Of a DNA stretch of 64,000 bases, positions 55,201-64,000 are shown in pieces (within the stretch, counting starts at the first letter, position 1; each line of letters begins with the position of its first letter). This stretch comes from the human T2T-CHM13v2.0 reference genome, Homo sapiens: the NCBI RefSeq assembly GCF_009914755.1, contig NC_060925.1; one strand, given 5' to 3'. The notes under the pieces were generated by a model. The model was given only the letters and a program-made list of their open reading frames with translations. It was not told the origin of the DNA and did not search any database. The position numbers were made by a program, and so were the translations under genes.

Positions 55201-56770
55201 AATGGATTCGAATATAAACAAATGGAATGGAATCGAATGTTCTCCAATGAATAGAATCGACTTGAAAGTAACTGACTTAAATGGATTGGACTCCAATTGA
55301 ATGTAATCGAAAGGAATGGAATCATATGGAATGGAATCTAATGGAATGGAATCAAATCGAATGGCCATGAATGGAATGAACTGGAATGGAAAAGTCTTGA
55401 ATTTAATGGAATGGAATGCAATACAATGGAATACAATGAAGTGGAATGGAAACCAATGGAATGGAATGCAATGGATTCCATTTGAATGGAAAGGAATGAA
55501 ATGGAACGGAATTGAATGGAATGGAATGGACTAGAATGGAAAGGAATGGCGTGGCATGGAATGGAATGGAATGGAATGGAATGTACTCGAATGAATTGGA
55601 ATTGAATGGAATGGAATGGACTCGAATGAAATGGAATCGAATGGAATAGAATAAATGCAATATTATCGAAAAGAATAAATTGAAATGAAACAGTCTTGAA
55701 TGAAATAGAATTTAAGAGAGTGAAATGGAATGAAATGCAACGCAAATCGAAAGGAATTGAGTGGAATGGATTGGACTGGATTGGATTGGAATGGACCAGA
55801 AAGTAATGGACAGGAATGAAAAGGACACGAATGGAATGGAATCGAATGGAATGGAATCAAAAGGAATGGAATCGAATGGATTGGACTCTAATTGAGCGGA
55901 TTGGAATGGAACGGTCTGGAATGGAACGGAATTGAATTGAATGCAATGGAATGGAATGGAATAGAAAGGAATGACATGGAATGGAATTAAATGGAATGGA
56001 AAGAAATTGAATGATACGAAATGGATTTGAATGGAATGGAATGGCATGGAATGGAATCGAAGGGAATGGAATTGAATGGAATACAAAATAGTGGAATGGA
56101 AAGGAAAGGAATACAATGAAAACGAATGGACTAAAGAAATGGACAAGAATGGAATAAACTCGAATGGAATGGACTCGAATGGAATGGGCTAAAATGGATA
56201 GGAATGGAATGGAATGGACTTGAATATAATGGACTGGAATGTACTGGAGAGGAATGGAATGGAATGGAATGGATTCGAATATAATGGACTACATTGGAAT
56301 GGACTCCAATGGAATGCAATCGAATGGAAAGGAATTGAATGGAAAGGAATCAAATAGAATGGACTGGAATGCAATTGAGTAGAACGGAAAAGACTGGAAT
56401 GGAATGGTATCGATTGGAATGGAATGGAATGGAATTAAACGGAATCAATTCGAATGGAATGCAAACGAATGGAGTGGAATGGAATGGAATGGAATCAATG
56501 GAATGGAATCGAAAGGAAAGGAATGGAATGGAATCAAATGGAATGGAATGGAATAGATTGGAAAGAAATGGAAGGGAATGGATTGGAATGCAATGGATTC
56601 GAATAGAATGGAGTGGAATGAAATGGAATGGAATTGAATGGAATGTAATGGACTGGAATGGAATGGACTCGAATGGAATGGAATGGCATAGAATTGAATG
56701 GACTCGAATGGAACAAAATGGAATCGAATGGAAAGGAATGCAATGAAAAGGAATGGAATTCAATGGTATG
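16291..56770 (+). repeat. Human satellite 3 core array, (GGAAT)n with GGAATCGAAT / GGACTCGAAT / GGTCTCGAAT variants
   Basis: About 40 kb of in-phase GGAAT pentamers with frequent TCGA-containing variants. No Alu fragments or strand switch were seen, and the ATCATC spacing typical of HSat2 is essentially absent. Confidence 0.94.
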
Positions 56771-59700
56771 GGAATGGAGTAGAGTGGAATGGAGTGGAGA
56801 CGGGACGAGAGGAATGGAATTGAAAGGAATGGAATGAAATGGAATGGAATGGAGTGGAATGGAAAGGAAAGGATAGGAATGGAATGGAATGGAATAGAAT
56901 AGAATGCTATGGAGAAGAGTGGACTGGAGTGAAGTGGAATGGAATGGACTGGAAAGGAATTGAATGTAATGGAGTGGAAAGGAATGGAGTGGAGTGGAAC
57001 GACATGTAATGGTGTGGAATGGAAAGGAGTGGAATGGAGTGGAGTGGAGTGGAAAGGAATGGAGTGGAATGCATAGGAATTTAGTGGAATGCAATGGAGT
57101 TGAAGGTAGTAGAGTGGAATGGAATGGAATGCATTCTAGTGTAATGGAATCTACTGGAATTGATTGGAATGGAATGGAGTGGAATGGAGTGGAGTGGAAT
57201 GGAATAGGTTGGAAAGGAATGGAGTGGAATGGAGTTGAGAGGGGTGGAATGGAATAGATTGGAAAGGAGGTGAGTGGATTGGAATGGAATGGAGTGAAAT
57301 GGAGTTGAGTGGAGTGGAATGGAATGGAATGGAATGGAGTGCACTGGAGTGGGGTCGAGTGGATGGGAATGGAAAGGAATGGAGTGGAATGGAATGGAAT
57401 TTAAAGGAGTTGAGGGGATTGGAGTGCAATGGAATGGAATAGAATGTAGTTGAGTGGTGGGGATTGGAATGGAAAGTAGTGGAATGTTATGGAAAGGAGT
57501 GGAAAGGAATGGAGTGGAATGGTATGGAAAGAATGGAATGTAATGGAATGGAACGGAATGGAGTGAGGTGGAGTTGGATGGAATAGAGTGGAGTGGAATA
57601 GAATGTAACAGAATGGAAAGGAATCGAGTGGGTTCGGGTCCAGTACAGAAGAATGGAATGGAGTGGAGTGGAAGGATGTGGAATCAAATGGAAAGGAATG
57701 GAATGGAATACAATTCAATGGAATGGAGTGGATAGGAAGGGAAGGTAGTGGAGTGGAATGGAATTGATTGGAGTGGAATGGAATGGAAAGGCATTGAAGG
57801 GAATGGAATGGAACGGAAAGGAGTGGAGTTGAATGGAATGGAATGGAGTGGAGTGGAATGGAATTGAATGGAACTGAATGTAGTGGAGTGGAATGGAATT
57901 GAGTGGGATGGAATGGAATGGAGTAGGGTGGAGTAGAATAGAATGGAGTGGCATGGAGTGTAGTTTAATGGAATGGAATGGAGTGGAGTGGAATGGAATG
58001 GAATGGAGTGGAGTGGAATGGAATGGAATGGAGTGGAGTGGAATGGAATGTAGTTTATGGAATGGAATGGAGTGGAGTGGAATGGAATGGAATGGAGTGG
58101 AGTGGAATGGAATGGAATGGAATGAAAACGAGGGGAGTGGATTGGAATGGAATGGACTGGAATGGAATGTAGTTGATTGGACTGGAATTTAATGTAGTGA
58201 AATTGAGTGGAGTAGAATGGAATGGAAGGGATTGGAGAGGAATGGAATGGAATGGAAAGTAATGGAATGGAGTGGAGTGGAATGCAGTGGTATGGAATGC
58301 AGTGGAGTGGAATGGAATGGAGTGGAATGGAATGGAATGGAATAGAGTGGAATGAAATGGAATGGAGTGGAATCGAATGGAATCGAGGGGAATGGAATGG
58401 AATAGAATCGAATGGAATGGAATCAAATGGAATGCAGTGCAATGAAATGGAATGTTTTGGAATGGAATGGAGGGGAATGGAGTGGAGTGGAGAAGAGTGG
58501 AATGGAATGGAATGGAATGGAATGGAATGGAATGGAATGGAGTCGAATGGAATGGAATGGAATCAAATGGAATGGAATCAATTGGAATGCAGTGGAATGA
58601 AATGGAATGTTTGGGAATGGAATGGATTGGGGTCTAGTAGAGTCGAGTGGAGTGGAATGGAATGGAATGGAAAGGAGTGGAGTGGAATGGAGCGGACTGG
58701 AGTGGAATGGAGAGGAGTGGAGTGGAATGGAATGGAATGGAATAGAATGGAATGCAATGGAATGGAATGCAGACGATGGGAGTGGAGCTGAAAGGAATGG
58801 AGTGGAATGTAGTAGAGTGGAGTGGATTGGAATGGAACGGAGTTGAATGGCATGGAATGGAGTGGAAAGGAATGGAAAGGAATGGAATGGAATAAAATGA
58901 AAGGGAATGGAATGGAAAGGAATGGAGTGGGTTGTAGTGGAATTGAACTGATTGGAGAAGAATGGAATGGGATGGAATGGAATGGAATGAAATGGAATGG
59001 AATGGAATGGAGTGGAGTGGAATGAAATGTAATTCAGTGGCGTGGATTGGAATGGAATGGAGTGGAGTGGAATGGAATGGTAAGGAATGGATTGGAATGG
59101 AGTGGAATGGAATGGTGTGGAATGGCATGGAATGGAGAGGATTTGAAAGGAATGGAATATCACGGGGTGTAGTTGAAAGGAATGGAACGGTGTGGAGTGG
59201 AGTGGAATGGAACAGACTGGAATGGAATGGAGTGGACTGGACTGGAATGGAATGGATTGGAGTGGAGAGGAATGGAATGGAGTGGAATGGAATGGCATTC
59301 AATGGAGTGGAAAGGAATTGAGCGGACAGGAACGGATTTGAATGGAATGGAGTGGAGTGGAGTGTAATGGAATGGAATAGAATGGAACGGAGGGGAAAGG
59401 AATGGCATAGAATAGAGTGGAATGGAATGGAGTGTAGTGTAGTGAAGTGGAATGGAATGCAAGGGCATGGAACAGAATGGAATGGAATGTATTGGAGTGG
59501 AATGAAGTGGAGTGGACTGGAATGGAATGGAGGGGAATGGAATGGAGAGAAGTGGAATGGAAAGGAGTGGAGTGGAATGGAATGGAATGGAATGGAGTGG
59601 ATTGGAATGTAATGGATTGGATAGGAGTGAAATGGAATGGAATGGAATGGATTGGAGGGGAATGGAGGAGTATGCAATGGAGTGGAATGGAATGGATTGG

Positions 59701-62700
59701 AATGGAATGGAATGGAATGGAAAGGAATGGAATGGAAGGGAGTGGAAAGGTAAGGAATTGAATTTAATACAGTGGAATTGAATGGAATGTTACGGAATGT
59801 AATGGAGTGGATGGGAGTGGAGTGAAATGGAATGGAATGGAGTGGAGTGTAATGCAATGGAGTGGAATGTAGCGGAGTTGAGTGGATTGTAATGGAATGG
59901 AGTGGAATTGAATGTCATTGAGTGGAAACAATGAAATGAAAAGGAATGGAATGGAATGGAATGGAATGGAATGGAGTAGAGTGGAGTGGAATGGAATGGA
60001 ATAGAATGGAAAGGAATGGAATGGAATGGAATGGAATGAAAAGGAGTGGAGTGGAATGGAATGCAATAGAGTGGACAGGAATGCAATGGAATTCAACGGA
60101 ATGGAATGGAATGGAATGGAAAGGAATGGAATGCAGTGGAATGGAATGGAAATGAATGGAGTGGAGTGCAATGGAAAGAAATGGAGTGGAATGGAATGCA
60201 GTGGAATGTAATGTAAAAAAGGTCAGTGGAGTGGAATGGAATTGAGTGCGATGGAGTGGAATGGAGTGGAGTGGAATGGAATGGAATCGAGTGGAGTGGA
60301 GTGGAGGGCGGCCGATTGTAATGGAGTTGAATGTAATGGAATGGAATGGAATTTAATGGAATGCAATGGAATGCAATTGAGTGGAGTGGATTGGAGTGAA
60401 GTGTAAGGGAATGGACCAGAATGGAACAGAATGGAATATAGTGGAATGGAATGGAGTTGATTGGAATGGAATGGAATGGAGTGGAATGGAATGGAGTGAA
60501 ATTGAATGGAGTGGAACGGAATGCAATGGAGTGGAGTGGAGTGGAATGGAATGGAATAGAATGGATTGGATTGGAATGGAATGACATGGAAAGGAGGGGA
60601 ATGAAGTGGAGTGGAGTGGAGTGAGGTGGAATGGAATACAACAGCATGGAACAGAACGGAATGGAATGAAGTGGAATAGAATGGAATGGAGTGCAGTGGA
60701 GTGGAATGGAATTGAGTGGAGTGGAAAGGAATGGAATGGAGTGGAATACAATGGAGGGGATGGAGTGGAGGGTGGTTAAGTGGAATGGAATTCAATGTAA
60801 TGGAATGGAAAGAATTTAATGGAATGGAATGGAATGCAATGGAGAGGAGTGGAGTGGAGTGGAGTGAAATGTACTGGACCGGAATGGAATGGAATGGAAT
60901 GGAGTGGGATGGAATGGTGTAGAATGGAATGGCACAGAAGGTAGTGGAATGGAATGCAGTGGAATGGAATGGACTGGACTGGAGAAGAATGGATTGGAAT
61001 GGAATGGTATGGAATGGAAGGGGATGGGAAAGAATGGAAGGGTGGGGAATGGAGAGGAGTGAAATGGAATGGAATGGTGTGGAGTGGAATCGAATGGAAA
61101 TCAGTGGAAGGGAATGCAAATGAGTGGAATTCTGTGGATTGGAATGGAATGCAATGGAGTGGAATGGAATGGAATGGAATGGATCAGAGTGGAATTGTAC
61201 AGAATGGAGTGGAGTGGAATGGAATCGAATGGAAGGGAATGTAGTGGAATAGAAAGTAAAGGAGGGGAGTGGATTGGGGTAGAATGGAGTGGAATGCAGT
61301 GGAATAGAATGGAGTGGAATGGAGTGGAATGGAATGGAGTGGAATGGAATGGCACCGAATGGAGAGGAATGGAATAGAGTGAAATGGAATGGAGTGGAAT
61401 GGAATGGAGTAGAGTGGCTAGGAAAGGAAAGGAATGGAATACACTGGAATTGAAAAAAATGGAATTTAATGGAATGGAGTGGAATGGCGTGGAATGGAGT
61501 GGGGTGGAATGAAATGGAATGTTGTGGAGTGGTAAGGAATGGAATTCAGTGGAATGGAATGAAAGGGAATGGAATGCAACGGAATTGAATGGAATGGAAT
61601 GGAATTGAGTGGAATGGAATGGAATGGAGTGGAGTGGAATGGAATGGAATGGAGTACAAAAGAATGGAATGGAATGGAGCGCAAAAGAATGGAATGGAGA
61701 TGAGTGGAATGGAATGGAATGAAATTTAGTGTAATGAAATGAAATTTAGTGTAATGGAATGGAATAGAGTGTAGTGGAATGGAATGGAATAGAATGGAAC
61801 GGAACGGAATGGGACGGATGGAACGGAAAGGAATAGAAAAGAATGGAATTTAATGGATTGGACTGGAATGGAATGTAGTGGAATGGAGTTTAGTGGAATG
61901 GAATGGACTGAAATGGAGTGTTGTGGAATGTTAGAGATCGGAATGAAATTGAGTGGAATGGAATCGAGTCGAGTGGAATGAAGTGGAGTGGAATGAAGTG
62001 GAATGAAGTGGAATGGAGTGGAGTGGACTGGAATAGAATGGAATAGAATGGAACGGAGTGGAAAGAACGGCATGGAATAGAGTGGATTGTAGTGAAGTGG
62101 AATGGAATGTGAAGGAATGGAAAGGAATGGAATGGAATGTATTGGAGTGGAATGGAGTGGAGTTGACTGGAATGGAATGGAGTGGAATGGAATGGAGAGA
62201 AGTTTAATGGAAAGGAGTGGAGTGGAATGGATTGGAATATAGTGGATTGGAATGTAATGGATTGGACAGGAGTGGAATGGAATGGAATGGAATGGATTGG
62301 AGGGGAATGGAGGTGTATGGAATGGAGTGGAATGGAATGGAATGGAAGGGAATGGAAAGGTATGGAATTGAATTTAATACAGTGGAATTGAATGGAATAT
62401 TATGGAATGGAATGGAGTGGATTGGAGTGAAGTGGAAGGGAATGGACTGGAGTGGAGTGCAATGCAATGGAGTGGAATGTAGTGGTGTTAGGGTGGATTG
62501 TAATGGAATGGAGTGGAATTGAATGTAATGGAGTGGAAAGAATGAAATGAAAAGGAATGGAATGGAATGGAATGGAATGGAATGGAATGGAATGGAATGG
62601 AGTGGAATGGAAAGGAATGGAATGAAGTGGAATGGAATGGAAAGAAATGGAGTGGAGTGCAATGGATTGAAATAGATTGGAATGGAATGCAGTGGAATGT

Positions 62701-64000
62701 AATGTAAAAGAGGTGAATGGAGAGGAATGGAATTGAGTGCGATGCAGTGGAATGGAGTGGAGTGGAATGGAATGGAATGGAATGCAGAGGAGTGGAGTGG
62801 AGGGCGGCCGATTTTAATGGAGTTGAATGGAATGGAATGGAATTTAATGGAATGTAATGGAATGCAATAGAGTGGAGTGGATTGGAGTAAAGTGGAAAGG
62901 AATGGACCAGAATGGAACAGAATGGAATATAGTGGAATGGAATGGGTTTGAATGGAATGGCATGGAATGGAGTGGAATGGAATGGAGTGAAATTGAATGG
63001 AGTGCAACAGAATGGAGAGGAGTGGAGTGGAATGGATTGGAATAGAATGGAATCGAGTGGAATGGAATGGAATGGGAAGGAGTGGAATGAAGTGGAGTGG
63101 AGTGGAGTGAGGTGGAATGGAATACAACAGCATGGAACGGAATGGAATGGAATGTACTGGATTGGAATGGAGTGGAGTGGAGTGGAGTGGAATGGAATGG
63201 AATGAAATGGAGTCGAGTGGACTGGAATGGAATGGAGTCGAGTGTACTGGAACAGAATGGCTTGGAATGGAATGGCACAGATAGGAGTTTAATAGAGTGG
63301 AATGGAAATAAATGGAATGGAGTGGAGTGGAATGGACAGGAACGCAGTGGAATCGAACAGAATGGAACGGAATGCAATAAGATGTAGTGGAATGGAATTG
63401 AGTGGAGTGGAGTGGAATGGAATGGAGTGGAATGCAGTGGAGTGGAGTGGAGTGAAAAGAAATGGAGTGGAATGCAGTTGAGAGGAAGGAATGGAATGGA
63501 ATGAAATGGAGTGGAATGCAGTTGAGAGGAAGGAATGGAATGGAATGGAATGGAGTGGAATGCAGTGGAGTGGAGTGGAGTGAAAAGAAATGGAGTGGAA
63601 TGCAGTTGAGAGGAAGGAATGGAATGGAATGAAATGGAGTGGAATGCAGTTGAGAGGAAGGAATGGAATGGAATGGAATGGAGTGGAATGGAATTGAGTG
63701 GAGTGGAATGAAATGGAATGGAATGGAATAGAATGGCGGGGATGGAGTGGAGGGTGGTTAAGTTAAATGGAATTGAATGTAATGGAATGGAATGGAATTT
63801 AATGGAATGGAATGGAATGCAATGGAATGGAGTGGAGTGGATTGGAGTGGAGTGGAGTGGAGTGGAGTAGAGTGGAAAGTACTGGAGCAGAATAGAACGG
63901 AATGGAATAGAGTGGGATGGAATGGTGTGGAATGGAATGACACAGAATGGAGTGGAATGGAATGGAATGGAATGGAGTGGAATGGAGCAGAATGGACTGG
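56771..64000 (+). repeat. Divergent GGAGT-rich HSat3 layer without Alu fragments, running off the window end
   Basis: Sharp return of GGAGT, GTAGT and GCAGT pentamers, with near loss of GGACTCGAAT. Internal duplication is marked by gagggcggccgatt (~60304 and ~62800) and aatacaacagcatggaac (60635 and 63121). Confidence 0.88.

Noticed and set aside
16291-56770. HSat2 assignment and DUX4-binding or heat-shock elements (e.g. taatctaatgg ~18422, taatcaaatcg ~34440, ttctcgaa ~29792)
   Set aside because: The pentamer phase is HSat3-like. The motif matches are partial and expected by chance in this composition, so a PWM scan against shuffled satellite would be needed.
6720-64000. Hundreds of ORFs up to 818 aa (MEWNGMEWSG.. 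on +, HSIPFHSTPL.. on -)
   Set aside because: These are translations of a stop-poor pentamer, open in several frames at once. They show no domain content or coding structure.

Overview
Primate (human-like) heterochromatic DNA with no intact protein-coding gene. Order on the + strand: (1) end of a 68-bp beta-satellite array (1-163); (2) a solitary, 5'-truncated D4Z4-derived unit carrying a DUX4-like double-homeobox pseudogene (ATG 955 to native stop 2223, four in-frame nonsense codons, no net frameshift), followed by exon 2/KpnI/LSau-type and pLAM-like (exon 3) sequence that lacks the ATTAAA poly(A) signal; (3) about 57 beta-satellite monomers (~2930-6790); (4) about 57 kb of human satellite 3 (GGAAT)n in one orientation, in three layers. 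The first layer (~6790-16290) is GGAGT-rich and carries about 28 copies of a ~60-bp Alu 3'-end fragment in a five-type higher-order cycle of ~1.5-2.1 kb. The core (~16290-56770) is GGAAT with ATCGA/ACTCGA variants and many local duplications. The last layer (~56770-64000) is GGAGT-rich, has no Alu fragments and contains a ~2.5-3 kb duplication. This arrangement is typical of acrocentric short arms or pericentromeric regions such as proximal Yq, but the chromosome cannot be assigned from the sequence alone. All ORFs beyond ~2.9 kb are satellite translation artefacts. Comparisons with canonical DUX4/D4Z4 and Alu are from memory, and satellite boundaries and counts were read by eye.
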